Part shown: positions 12,094-24,784 of the stretch, piece by piece
Numbering within the stretch: position 1 is the first letter of the stretch
How the letters are laid out: each line of letters opens with the position of its first letter
NCBI GenBank assembly: GCA_024137785.1
Contig: JAHRHZ010000009.1
Coordinates: forward strand, 5,321,371 to 5,385,370
Direction of reading: 5' to 3'
Origin: Ginglymostoma cirratum
Taxonomy: Eukaryota
Length of the DNA: 64,000 bases
Notes under the pieces: model-generated
Database searches by the model: none
The model's input: only the letters and a program-made list of their open reading frames with translations
Told to the model about the DNA's origin: nothing
Translations under genes and position numbers: made by a program

Positions 12094-12424
12094 ACAGTTT
12101 GAGAATTTTTATCAAGGAGGCAAGGGCTCACAGCCACTTGCTGCCCCGGCTTACTGGGAGGTCGAAACCATAGGTTTTTAAAGTGAAGACTTGATTATTC
12201 GCCACAGGGTTTCTTGTAGGTAGCGTTCACTGCAGCAATAGTGCCCTAGTCATGAGTATTATGGCATACTTTCTCGGACATAGATACACACAGATTGAGA
12301 CCAGGAGACTATCCAGCTTCAGCCTTTCACATCAATCATTTTGCAGCTAAACATGGCATCCCGAAAAGAAACATTAATAGCAAATAAACAAATGCCTAAA
12401 AGCAATAAGAGGGATATCATGCAA

Positions 12425-12602
12425 CATATAAGACCAAAAGGTACAGGAGCAGAACTAGGCCATTGAGCCCATCGAATCTGCTCCGCTATTCCATCATGGC
12501 TTGCATGTTTCTCAACCTCATTCTTCTGCCTTCTCCCTGTAACCTTTGATCTCCTTACTAATCAAGAACTTATCTGTCTCTGTCATTAGTACACTCAATG
12601 AC
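12425..12602 (-). mobile_element. CR1 LINE 3' end fragment
   Basis: cataagacc...ggagcagaactaggccatt...ctgctccgctattc...cttactaatcaagaacttatctgtctc. Confidence 0.75.
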
Positions 12603-13199
12603 TGTACTCTGTACTTAAGGCCTAGCACGTCCTTTTGCGAAATAAAATGTTGCTTTGTCAAGGAACAGAAATGTGCTTAGATAAAGGTTATCAGAGAACA
12701 AGATTACAGTGAAAAGTATAATCTTTCTTCGGCACTAGAAACATAGATGGAGAAGGAAACACTACTTTATATGGTATCTGATTGCGTAGAAAGATTGGAA
12801 TCAAATTTGTTCATTTTTAATGATGACGGCTTTCTGATCTCTATTGAATACAATTTGAATTATTGAGATTTATTGACTTTGCAACCTCTGTATTGAGAAG
12901 TTATAATAAGATTATTCAAAACTTATTTTGCAGTACAAGGAATACTGCATATTTATTTTTCAGAAAATAATTCATGGTTTACATCAGAGAATGGAAATTG
13001 TATCATGTCACTTCATTGTCAAGGTATCCACAGTACAACGATAAGAAAAAAACTTGAAAGAACACTTCAACCATTCTGCTCTGTAAAGAAAACCAAATAA
13101 CTAAAGATGGTTAAGAGATAATTGTATTCGGTGATGATGAATTACAGGAATTATAAGGAAAGGAGTGTGACCCTGGCCAGAAGACCATGAACAGCACCA

Positions 13200-13620
13200 C
13201 GTAGAATCTCTACAGTGGGGAAAGAGGCCATTTGGCCCATCAAATCTGCACTGAACCTCCAAAGCACCTAAAACCATTTACATATAAAATCAAAGGATAC
13301 AGGAGCAGAATTAGGCCATTCAGCCCATCAAATCTGCTACGCCAAAGGGTATCCCACCTAGGCTGCCACCCTCCTCCCATAACCCCACATTTACCATGGC
13401 TAACCCACCAAGCCTAGACCTAGACACAACAGAGCAACTTAGCATGATTAATCCACTTAATCTGCACATCTTTGGACTATGGGAGGAAACTGGAGCTTCT
13501 GGAGGAAACCCACACAGACACAGGGAGAATGTACAAACTCTACATAGTTGCCTAAGGCTGGAATCGAATCTGGGTCACGCTGAGTCAACAGTGCTAACCA
13601 CTGAGTGATAATGCCACCCA
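13200..13620 (-). mobile_element. HE1/V-SINE with a short CR1-tail insert
   Basis: tctttggactatgggaggaaactggagc...ggaggaaacccacacagacacagggagaatg...gtgctaaccactgag. Confidence 0.85.
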
Positions 13621-13944
13621 TCTCTTCTGTTGAAAATGTGCAAAGAGAGCTCTGTAATAACAATAACAAATTGACATCTATTAAGGGATTGCCTCAGTTT
13701 AGCTCTTGCCTTTGAGTCAGCAGGTACTGAGTTTAAGATGTATTCCAGAGGCACTATATTGTCTGACATTGGACTGCTCTCAGAAGAGAAGCTAAACCAT
13801 GACTGTGTCTGTTTTCTCAGGTCCCGTTGCACAATTTGGGCAATAGGACACTTATCCTAGCTAACTTTTTCTCCATTGAGCAACCTTAATTTGCTGTTAA
13901 TTTATCATGTTGGAGTTAGACAGATCTTACTGTGCATAAATTAG

Positions 13945-15006
13945 AGTCATGGAGTCATAGTTATAAAGCTGTACAGCATGGAAAAAGACCCTCAGTCCAA
14001 CTTGTCCATGCTGAACAGGTATCCTAAATTAATCTAGTCCCATTTGCCAGTATTTGGCCCATATCCCCCCTAAACCCTTCCTGTTTGTATATCCATCCAT
14101 GGTATCCATTAAATGTTGTAATGTTCCAGCCTCCATCACTTCCTCTGGCAGCTCATTCCATACATGCACCACCCTCTGTGTGAAAATGCTGCCCCTTAGG
14201 TCCCTTTAAAGTCTTTCCCATCTCAAATTAAACCTATGCCCTCTAGTTTTGTACTCCCTCACTCCAGGGAAAAGACCTTAGCTATTTACCCTGTCCATGC
14301 CTCTCATGATTCTATAAACTTCTATGAGGTTACCCACAGCCCCTGACACTGCAGAGAAAATAGCCCCAGCCTATTTAGCTCTCGCTATAATTCAAACACT
14401 CCAGTCCCAACATCCTCATAAATCTTTTCTGAACCCTTCAAGTTTCACAACATCCTTCCTGTAGCAAGGAAGCCAGAATTGAACGCAGTATTCCAAAATT
14501 GGCCTAACCAATGTCCTGTACAGCAGCAACATAACCTCCCAACTCCTATACTCTCTGTACTGGCCAATAACAGGCAAGCGTACCAAATACCTTCTTTACT
14601 ATCCTCTCTACCTGGGACTCCACTTTGAAGTAACTATGAATCCTGCATTCCAAGGTTTCTTTGTTCACAAACACTCTCCAGGACCTTAGCATTAACTGTA
14701 TAAGTCCTGCCCTGATTTGTCTTTCCCAAATGCAGCATCTCACATTTATCTAAATTATACTCCATTTACCACTCCTCGGCCCATTAGCCCATCTGACCAA
14801 GGTTCCATTGTACTCTGAGGTAACCTCCTTCATTGTCCACTATTCCCCCAATTTTGATATCGTCTGAAAACTTACTAAACACACCTCTTATGTTCACATC
14901 CAAATCATTTATATAAATGACAAAAAACAGTGGGCTCAATGCCAGCCCATGTGGTGCACTGCTGGTCACAGGCCTGCATTCTGAAAAGCAACACCCCACC
15001 ATCACC
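13945..15006 (-). mobile_element. CR1 LINE 3' fragment (RT and tail)
   Basis: ORF 14784-15005 reads ...PHGLALSPLFFVIYINDLDVNIRGVFSKFSDDIKIGG (RT PQG/FADD motifs). It ends in a (ctatgact)-type tail. Confidence 0.9.
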
Positions 15007-16426
15007 CTTGGTCATACATCTCTTTGTATTTATATGTTAAACTTTTATATATGCTTATGATTCACCCCATCTGCCAGAACCATCTGGTGAATTGAATACA
15101 AACCTCCTTTGGTAGCACTTCCCAAATCACTGAACCTCAATAGTTAGAAGGCAATAGGACTAGTGTTGCAGCTATTTCTTCTCTGTAACTTTATCAATAG
15201 CATTATTTACTTGAAACAGAATATTAACAAACTCAGTACAGTACTCTCGTGAATTCTACATACTGTGTAGAAATTTGCCATGGAAGTTCATTGACCAAAA
15301 TGCTCTGTTTTCTTCTTCGCACCTGCTTTCTGATCTGCTGAGTTTTTCTTTCATGACACATCAGAGAGCTCCTTGCTCTTCCTCTATTAGTTCCATGGGT
15401 CTTGTTACATCTAATTGAGCGAGAAGGTGGGATGTATCCATATTTTTCCAAAATACTGCAGCTCTGACAGTGTCCTGGATTATCAATCTCCATTGACCCC
15501 GAAATCTCTGCAATGGAACTACAATATTAAGCTTCAAGGGGCTAGCTATCCTTGTACCAAAGCTGGCACAAAAGCTGGTAAATTCTTACAACAGTGACTA
15601 CACCTCTATAGATTCTCATTGGTTGAAAAGTGGTTTTTTTTGGATGTCCTGAGTTCTCTGTTTGGGTATACCATCATTTCTATATTTGTCTACTTTACCG
15701 AGGATAACAAAACTTCTAAAATACTTTGTCCACAATGAAGAGCTTTAGGACATCCTGACATTGTAGAAAATGCTACATAGCTCACTATTACATGGAACAA
15801 AAACAGATTTCATCGAAGGAAGACTTGGCGACTTGTGATGCAATTGACCACGACAAAAATGTGTGGTGGTTTATTGTCTATCACAAATCACTAAATAGGC
15901 CCAAAACAGTGCAAAGACAAAAGAGGATTGGTGAAAGCAAACTACTCCAAACAGCCCTTTAACCCCGTACACCTACTGGTGGATGTGGCAAATACAAATA
16001 CATACTCCTCTGGGAAAAATACTAAGCATGCTTGATCAAGAAAAAAATAAACAATTAAAGTTGCAAGAAATTGTAACAAGGCATGGGAAATCAATTAAAT
16101 GACCAGATTAGGGGTTGAAATCAGACATGGTTGTCCCCACTTTAGGGATGGAAATTGAATGTGATAAGGTCTCATTTCAGTGACAAAGAATGCCTGAATG
16201 CTGTTGATCTAAAATTGGATCAGAGGATTGCCAAGCATCACTTGGCTAAAACAGAATCATTACAGATATAAATGAGGAATTTTGCTTTTTGGTAAATTGA
16301 TGTCTCACAGAGATACTAGACTTGATCCCTTCAGCTTCATTGCTCATAGTGCAAACCTGGAAGTAACCACCACTGCAGAAGTAAGACTTGATGATTTTCT
16401 TATTCGTATGCAGCAGGTTTAATCCT

Positions 16427-16769
16427 GGGAGGCGATGGCCTAGTGGTATTATCGCTGGACTGTTAATCCCGAGACCCAGATAATATTCTGGGGACCAGCA
16501 TTCGAAACCCACCATGGCAAGTGGTGGAATTTGAATTCAATAAATATCTGGAATTGAGAGTCTAATGATGACCATGAATCCATTTTTGATTGTCAGAAAA
16601 ACCCATCTGGTTCACTAATATCCTTGAGGGAAGGAAACTGCCATCCTTACCTGGCCTGGCCTATAGCAATGTGGTTGACTCTTAACTGCCCTCTGTGCAA
16701 TTAGGAATGGGCAATAAATGCTGCCTAACCAGAAATGCCCTTATGCCGTGAACGAATGTAGAAAAAAAA
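16427..16769 (+). mobile_element. tRNA-derived SINE (family B), near full length
   Basis: A box tggcctagtgg, B-box-like ttcgaaaccc, and tail gggcaataaatgctgcc...gtgaacgaat plus an A tract. The tail is shared with the LINE at 44870-46190. Confidence 0.85.
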
Positions 16770-17009
16770 GGCTTCTATGCAAATTCTCCAGCATTAAGTT
16801 TGAAGCTTTTGCTGGCAAGGCTTGAACATTGAATAACCTGTTAGTGAGCAGCCTGCAGAGGAAGAAAATACACCATCAGCTCAGGTTTTACACAAGTGGC
16901 TGGAAATGCAAATTTGTTTGAACTCGACACTTCCAATTTGAGACCATTTCTGCATTCAGGTAACAAAATCAATTTTCTACTTCATGTTATTTGTCTAATA
17001 TAAAGGCAA

Positions 17010-17345
17010 GCGGGCATCATGGTGGCTCAGTGATTAGCACTGCTGCCTCACAGCACCAGGGACCTGGGGTCAATTCCAGCTTTGGGTGACCATGTGGAGT
17101 TTGCACATTCTCCCCGTGTCTGCATGGGTTTCCTCCCACAGTCCAAAGATGTGAAGGGTTATGTGGATTGGCTATGCTAAATTGCCCATAGTGTTCAGGG
17201 AAGTGCAGGCTAGGTGGATTAATCATGAGAAATGCAAGGTTACAACGATAGGGAAGGGGCTTGGGTCTGGGTGCGTTGTTCTTCCGAGAGTCAGGGTGAA
17301 CACAGTGGGCCAAATGGCCTGCTTCCAGACAGTAGGGATTCCATG
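17010..17345 (+). mobile_element. HE1/V-SINE
   Basis: ggtggctcagtgattagcactgctgcctcacagcaccagggacc...gtggagtttgcacattctccccgtgtctgc...gggccaaatggcctgcttcc. Confidence 0.9.
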
Positions 17346-17639
17346 ATTTAAAATGCAACAGAAGCTAGAATTCTAACAAATAAACAGAAAATGCTAAAAA
17401 GACTCAGCAGATCGGGATATATCTATGTTGAGGGAAATAACATGTTAAGTCAATGAACTTCCAAGGCAAATTTCTGCACTCTATGCAGAATTCAGATGAG
17501 AGTATCCAGCTGGTCAGCGTTCTGTTCAAGGGACCCTACATGAATAATGCTATTGATAAAGTTACAGAGAACAAGCTAACATTTATATTTTGCCTTTCAA
17601 AATCACAGATCACAATGCACTTTCTGAAGAATTTGAGGT

Positions 17640-18205
17640 ATAAAGTTATAATGCATCGTATTAAAGATTATTGTATCCAGGCATGGGCACCGCACTTCAG
17701 GAAGGGCTTGGACAGGATGCAAAAAGGATTATGAGAAAGATGAGGAACATCAGTTGATGGGTAGAGTATTTGTGTCACAGCGATGTAAAGCACAAAAACA
17801 GGCCCTTCAATCCAACTCGTCTATGCTAACCAGAATTCCTAAATTATTCAAATGTCCGGTAGATTGGCAAAGCTGTTTTTTCTCCCCTGAAGAAGATCAA
17901 AACGATGAGGTGTCTATACAGAGTAGTTGGGGAGAGACTTTTCCCTTTAGAAAAAGATCAGGACCCAGAGGATACTGATTTAAGGTGAATGACGAAAGAA
18001 CTCAAAAGTAATACTTGAGGAAAAATCTTTTCATGCAGAAAATTATTACAATCTGTAACACATTCCCTGAGCATGTTGCAGAGGCAGATTCAAACATGAC
18101 TTTCAAAAGGCAATTAAATAGCACTTGAAGGGACAAAAATAAATTGCAGGGGTAAGGAGAATGAAAAGAGAGTGGGACACACTGTGCAGGATGGGCTGAA
18201 GGACT
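17640..18205 (+). mobile_element. Degenerate CR1 LINE 3' fragment
   Basis: YCIQAWAPHFRK (CR1 ORF2 C-terminus) followed by a CR1-type 3' region. Confidence 0.65.
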
Positions 18206-18899
18206 AAAAGCTAATGATGATATTTGACGGCTGCATGAGAAGATAGATTGTGTAGGATGGGCTGAAGGGCTAAAATTGTTGGTGACATTCTACAAGCTGC
18301 ATGACCTTGACTGAGTCCTGTGATCATTCCTTTACGAGCCGAAGACGACGCCTGCAGCTTGTTTTCCCACCCTGTGTTTTCTGTACCAGCCAGTAGTTTT
18401 GTCCTTTTGCATCTGCTTTCTTTGCGCTGGCTGTTTGTTACACCGTATATGAGAGAGAGAGTCTCCATTCCAAGTCGCTGGATTTCGCCTCGGCTCAGAA
18501 ACACGGGCAGTGTCAGGATGAACGTAAGCCTCCAGATCATCCGAGAGCCCCCTGACGGGCAGGACGGCATGAGACTTGTTGCTCTATCTAGAAGGACGTA
18601 AAACTTGCTTTCTTTCTCTTTTCTCTTCCATTATTACCACTAGACTCACTTATTACTACTTAATAAACATTCATGTTTAAGCAAATTGCTGTGGTCGAGC
18701 CTCCTCTTAATTATATTTACCCGAATCTGAAAAGATCTGCTTGGACACACACTGTGATCCAGGACACTCACTAAATTAGTCTTGCAGAGACCCGGCACTG
18801 ACACAACAAAACTGTAACTGTTTGTGGCTTTTATGACAGCAGAACACAAGTCAATTATGCAATGCAAGATCTCACAAGGAACAAAGAGATAATCAGCAG

Positions 18900-19090
18900 A
18901 TAATCAGATTTAGCAATAATGGTTAAAGGATAAATATTGGCTATAGCACAGCACAGACTCAATCCCTGTTCTTCTTCAGAGAAGTTCCATTGGACTTATT
19001 ATATTTACTTGAGAGAGAAGATGGGATGTCTACTTCATCCAAAGTACTGCAGCCCTGACAGTACCCTGGGCTATCAATCTTAGTTGGTGT
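18900..19090 (-). mobile_element. DeuSINE remnant
   Basis: ggttaaaggataaatattggc...ccctgttcttcttcagag...cttcatccaaag is the reverse complement of the Deu domain (gaagaagagcagggg...gccaatatttatccctcaacc). Confidence 0.6.
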
Positions 19091-19224
19091 CGAATTGTCT
19101 AGAATGCATCTACAATATTAATGCCTCACTACCTGATTAAAAATTGCATCATTTTTAATTATAGATAATTATTTGGGAATACAGATCTTGATTATCGTTA
19201 ATAAAGGACAAATTTTCCTGGAGC

Positions 19225-19632
19225 TTTTTATCTTCCGTTTATTTGTGCAATTTACAAGAAATATCAAAGTAAAGAGAAAACAACATTTACACTGCGTGAG
19301 AGGAGAGTGTTGGTTGTGTGGCAAGTGAAAGCTGATGGCACAGAGATGACCATAGACAATGCACCAGTTAATGATGATTGACAGTTAACTGTCAAGCGTT
19401 GTTTAAATTTTAAAACATCAGCGTCAACCTGCCATGTTTAAAATTTAAACAAAGTTTGGCAGCGAACTGTACACAATCATCAACTGGTGCATTCTCCATG
19501 GTAACATTTCTACCAATCACAGTCGACTTGCCAACCAGTCCATACTCTCCTTTCATTCAGTTCAAATGTTATTTTCCACTTACTTTATTATTTATTGTGA
19601 ATTGTCCTGATGAGTTCATAATAAACAAGCCC
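19225..19632. repeat. Long imperfect palindrome (core arms ~19277-19418 and ~19433-19577)
   Basis: Arms align by eye, e.g. aatgcaccagtt / aactggtgcatt, ttgtttaaatttt / aaaatttaaacaa, aggagagt / actctcct. Confidence 0.8.
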
Positions 19633-21788
19633 ATGCTTGTACAATGTTAAAAGTAGGAATGTGAGTAATGGAAATGGTGAAGTTTCCTCTGCAGAACACT
19701 TCCAATCTGAGTGAATGGGGAAAGCAACCTTGTATATCCTTAAGTGATATGCTTAAGGTACAGTGAGGTATATGGCACACTGTCTGAGCAATCAATATTA
19801 AGCTCTGTTTGTTTACTAGTTTAATGTCAAACCCCATACGGGAAAAGGAATGAAGATCAGATTGAATGACAAATAGAGAAAAGAGATTGAAAGAAAAAGT
19901 GAAAAAAGATATTTAATTACATTGCAAAATATAAATTATACTTAAAATATGAAAGAATGAAGTCTATACTTTTGACAATTCATTTCCAATGCCAGAGAAA
20001 TTGACTGGCAGTAATTAAGAATATTGTGTTGTTTAGGACACATGGCCTGCAGCAGTTCAAGAAGGCAGCTCACCACCAACTTCTCAAGGAAAACAAGGGA
20101 CGGACAATAAACGCTGGGCCCAACTAGTGATGGCCACATCCCATGAGTAAATTAAAAAAAAAGAATGTTTAGACTTGAAATGATTTGACTTAACTTTCTG
20201 CAGTGAGCTTACTTCATATCTAAAGTACAGTTTCAAGGACGCCACGCAGCTAAATACATCTGAATGAAAAGTGAGACAGCAGGCTGCTATTTCCACAAAG
20301 CTTATGATACCGACACATATCTCCCACAACAACTTTTCAATTTTTGCATTTAATCATGAACTATTCTCCAGTGAAGCTACTGTGTCATTTGCACATAAAT
20401 AACAGTGAGCAGTATTACTTCCACTGTTCCTTTGACAGCAACATTTGGGCCATTAACTCAGCTTGAGCTGCATTCAACTTTATGTACGTTAAAGTTTCAC
20501 TCAATGTCTAAGATCAATGTAAAATTGTCAAGATTTATTTTGGGTTAAAATCCCTGTAAAAGTCACAAGATAAAAACTTTGAACAACAAATCAATTGAAT
20601 AGGATTAAATCTATTTCAGTTTGTTTCTGATAAGCTCATAGGTTAAGCTATATGAAACCTTGACGCTATACAACCTTCACCTTCCAAATCAGTGCAGAAG
20701 ATTGGATATCTTACAGTCACTTATGATTATTTCTGCACCATCTGCAAACTTCTTAATCTTACATTCAAGCATAAATCCTTGATGTATACCACAAAACACA
20801 AAGGACATGGTGCTGACCCTTCCAGTCACAAAATTCTCATTGACCATTCAAGTTTGTTTCCTGCTTCTGAGCCAGTTTTGATCTCACTGACCACTTTGCC
20901 TTGAGACCTAAACCAAACTGTTTTTTTCACTTCTTTAACTTTTGCCAGAAAGGATTTTATTTTCATAGACTGTGGCATGAGATCTTATTAAAAGCCTTCG
21001 CTAAAGTTCTTGTAGATTACATCAAATGAGCTACCTTTGTCAATCCTCCTTAATTTTCACTTCAAATAACTCAATTATGCTAGTCCAGCAGGACATTGTC
21101 CCGCAAGATTGAAATTGTTACATGACCCTTCCTCCCACAAGCACCTTGCTTATCTAATTTCCTTTTGGATATTTACAGTGTCATCCACAATATGGATGAA
21201 GGAAAAATTTTAGTTTAAACTATCTTCCTTTTCCCTGTTTCCTGTCAATTCTTCAGCTACATCCTCCACGAATCCCACGCTGACTTTAGCTACCCTCACT
21301 TTTTACGTGTTTGTCTTTGTATCCAAAGGCCTTGTTGTTTGCTTTTATAGTTCTTGCCAACCTATTTTCAAAATCAAATTCCTCCCTTTATGTAACTTTT
21401 TCCATCAACGACAGTTGGTTCCGAAACAAATTCAGCAAACCTTTGGCTATTAGTTTTTGCCATTTTGTATGCCCTAGTTTTTGATCAGCTGCTCTCTTGG
21501 ATCACATTCTTAACCATTAGTAGTTCATTATTCTCATCAAATCTTTCTTTTTGACTGGAATAAACTTTTGCTGACCATAATGGAATTGCTGTTTAAATGT
21601 CTGCCACTGCTCATCGATTGGCTTTCCTTAGTTTATTTTCCCTGCCCACTTTAGACAACATTTTCTTCAACCTGCTCTATTTGCCTTTGTATAACTTGAG
21701 GACACTTTTTTGTGACATGAATGCTGTCTCTTACATTGTATTTGAAATTCCACCATGTTGTGACCATATCCCTTAAGGTCCTTACGTA

Positions 21789-22860
21789 AGATAACAAGGT
21801 GTGGAGCTGGGTGAACACAGCAGGCCAAGCAGCATCAGAGGAGCAGGAAGGCTGACGTTTCGGGCCTAGGCCCTTCTTCAGAAATGGGGGAGGGGAAGGG
21901 GGTTCTGAAATAAATAGGGAGAGAGGGGGAGGCGGATATAAGATGGATAAAGGAGAAGATAGGTGGTGAGGAGACAGACAGGTCAAAGAGGCGGGGATGG
22001 AGTCAGTAAAGGTAAGTGTAGGTGGAGAGGTAGGGAGGGGATAAGTCAGTCCAGGGAGGACGGACAGGTCAAGGGGGCAGGATGATGTTAGTAGGTAGGA
22101 GATGGGGGTGGGGCTCGAGGTGGGGATAGGTGGGAGGAAGGACAGGTTCGGGAGGCGGGGATGAGCTGGACTGGTTTTGGGATGCGGTAGGGGGAGGGGA
22201 GATTTTGAAGCTTGTGAAATCCACATTGATACCATTGAGCTGCAGGGTTCCCAAGTGGAATATGAGTTGCTGTTCCTGCAGCCTTCGGGTGGCATCGTTG
22301 TGGCACTGCAGGAGACCCAGGATGGACATGTCATCTGAGGAATGGGAGGGGGAGTTGAAATGGTTCACGACTGGGAGGTGCAATTGTTTAGTGCGAACTG
22401 AGCATAGGTTTCTGCAAAGCAGTCCCCAAGCCTCCGCTTGGGTTTCTCCGATGTAGAGGAGGCCACTTTGGGAACAGCGGATGCAGTATACCACATTAGC
22501 AGATGTGCAGGTGAACATCTGCCTGATGTGGAAAGTCTTCTTGGGGCCTGGGATGGGGGTGAGGGAGGAGGTGTGGGGGCAGATGTAGCACTTCCTGCGG
22601 TTGCAGGGAAAAGTGCCGGGTGTGGTGGGGCTGTAGAGCAGTGTGGAGTGGACAAGGGAGTCACGGAGAGAGTGGTCCCTCCGGAAAGCATATAAGGGTG
22701 GAGAGGGAAAAATGTCGTTGATGGTGGGGTCGAATTGCAGATGGCGGAAGTGTTGGAGGATGATGCGTTGGATCCGGAGGTTGGTGGGGTGGTACGTGAG
22801 GACGAGGGGTTTCTGTTTTGGTTGTTATTGCGGGGACGGGGTGTGAGGGATGAGTTGCGG
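21789..22860 (-). mobile_element. Penelope-like element (Neptune type), 5'-truncated: GIY-YIG endonuclease (frameshifted) plus 3' tail
   Basis: FTCTSANVVYCIRC..GLLYIGET...HLPVVNHFNSPSHS...LGTLQLNGINVDF; highly similar to 61271-62375; possible TSD TACG. Confidence 0.92.
21854..21881 (-). ncRNA. Minimal hammerhead ribozyme motif in PLE tail
   Basis: Minus strand reads CTGAAGA-a-GGGC-ctag-GCCC-GAAAC-GTC. Confidence 0.7.
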
Positions 22861-23224
22861 TACGAGTTCTCTAATTATTCCTACCAGTGCATCAAATATA
22901 GTCTGTTCCTGGATAGGTTGCACAATACATTGCTCTTAGACACAATCCATGATGCAAATTTTACTTCAGTGTTACACATGCCCATCTGATTTGTCCAGTC
23001 AGCATGCAGATTTAAACCACCCATCACAATTAAAGCACCCTTCTCACATGCTTCCATTATTTCCTGATTTGTACTTGTGCTACAGTGGTGGAATTCTTTG
23101 GCGGCTCACTGACAAATTCCATCCATGATTTCTTTCCTTTGCTTTTCCTTATTTCCATACAAACCCATTCCATATCACGATCTACAGCATCTACACCGCT
23201 ATTCCAGAGCTTGTCCACTCCATC

Positions 23225-23592
23225 TGATTCTTTCCTTCATTTTCCTTTTTTTGCATTTTTTTTCTCTGTACTTACCTACATCGCTCAGACAGACTCCTGG
23301 CCTCATGGAGGCCCTGCGCAGACTCGATAGCCCTCCCAGCCTTGAGGCAGTGCCCAATGTGGGCTCCTGTCCTGGAGGAAGCCGAGTGCTCACACCTTGC
23401 TTTTGAACTTTGGGACCGTAATGCTGAGCTTTTACCTTTGGTTCTTCAGTTTTTGAATTTATACCTGAGATTTTATACCTACGTATCGTTGAATCCAAGA
23501 TGGTGCCGGAATTGGCAAATTTGTATACTTTTTGCTGTACTCCTGTATTCCTCTACTTGAGTACATGTGATGATAAACCTGATTCTGATTCT
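23225..23592 (+). mobile_element. Non-coding retroelement with aagatggtgcc...tacatgtgatgataaa(ctgatt)n tail
   Basis: Same architecture and tail as 11170-12093; inserted in the CR1. Confidence 0.55.
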
Positions 23593-24304
23593 ATTCACCA
23601 CCGCACTGGTGCCTTCCCTATATTCACGACACTGCCCCACCTCCTATTCCTTATTATCAATTTTTGGAAAACATCAATTACCAATGCATATTGAATTCCC
23701 AGTCCTGGTCATCCTGTAACCATAATTCTGGAATACCTCAATTTTATCGGCACTGTCAATTCATCAGTTTTGTTACAAATGCTGCGTGCAGTCAGATACA
23801 GATCCTTAAGCCTTACCATTTTACTTTTATTGTTGTTTCCAGTTCTAATTTTTGCTGCATTGTTCTGCTTATATTTTCTGCTCTTTCCTTTCACATTTTG
23901 ATTATTTTTCACTTAACTCTTCACTGCCCTGCATTTCTACTCTTTTGTTTCTTTTTGATTTTTAAATTTCTGCTCAATTGAACCTTCCCTCCCCCCTCCC
24001 CGAATTAATTATCTGAAAAAAGAGATCTACAACTCTGGTTGTACAATTTGCCAGGACATTGGTCTCAATGTAGTTCAAATGAAGTCCATCCCAATGAAAC
24101 AGTTCTCTCTTTCCCCAGAAATGTTGCCAGTGCCCCATGAATCAGAAGCTATTTCTCTCACACCAATGTTCCAGCCGTGGCCTTCACTTCTCTAATCTAA
24201 TTTCCTCAATGTCTATTTGCACATGGTCCAGGTACTAAGTGGAACATTATTTCTTTTGTTATTCTGCTTTTTAATTTAAAACTGAGCTGTTTGTCGTCCC
24301 AAGG

Positions 24305-24530
24305 CTGATTTGATTTGATTTATTGTAGTTACATGTACCTAAATGCAGTGAAAAGTTTTATTTTGCAAGCAGTACAGGCAGATCACAGCAAACAGGGGCA
24401 GACAGATCATAGAGTGCTTTTAGACATGGGGAGCCATACAAGGTTATGGCTGCACAGGAGGTGCACAAAGCAAGATCACCGTTAGCAATTTCCGAGTCCA
24501 TATTGACACTTATGAAGACAATGGTAACAT
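24305..24530 (-). mobile_element. LINE 3' end (Rex1/L2-like tail)
   Basis: Minus strand ends cttttcactgcatttaggtacatgtaactacaataaatcaaatcaaatc. Confidence 0.55.
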
Positions 24531-24784
24531 GATCTTTTCTCACCCACTCCTAGTTCATCTTCAGTGAAGAAGAGATGTCCTTAACTCTAGCACCAGCTAG
24601 ACAACATCGCCTTCAGGACTCTCTCTGTTGCAGAGAACCCTATCTATTCCCAGAACAATGTCAATCTTACTGATTTTCTTTAATTTATATGTGTCTTTTC
24701 CAAATTATAATTTATTCTGTCCCTCGGAATTTTGCAAGTAGTATTCTAACCACTGGAATTTAGGACCTGAACTATAATTACTTG

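Larger units (their letters stand above)
20690..24660 (-). mobile_element. Old CR1 LINE (ORF1 esterase region, AP endonuclease, part of RT) interrupted by younger inserts
   Basis: LYLTARSICNKTDEL (~23740-23800) matches the CR1 APE start YxNARSIxNKxDEL. There are SGNH-like remnants at ~24030-24180 and RT remnants at 20700-21090. Confidence 0.7.

Noticed and set aside
16427-17080. tRNA genes
   Set aside because: The A/B boxes belong to SINE heads and run into SINE core sequence; I see no complete cloverleaf.
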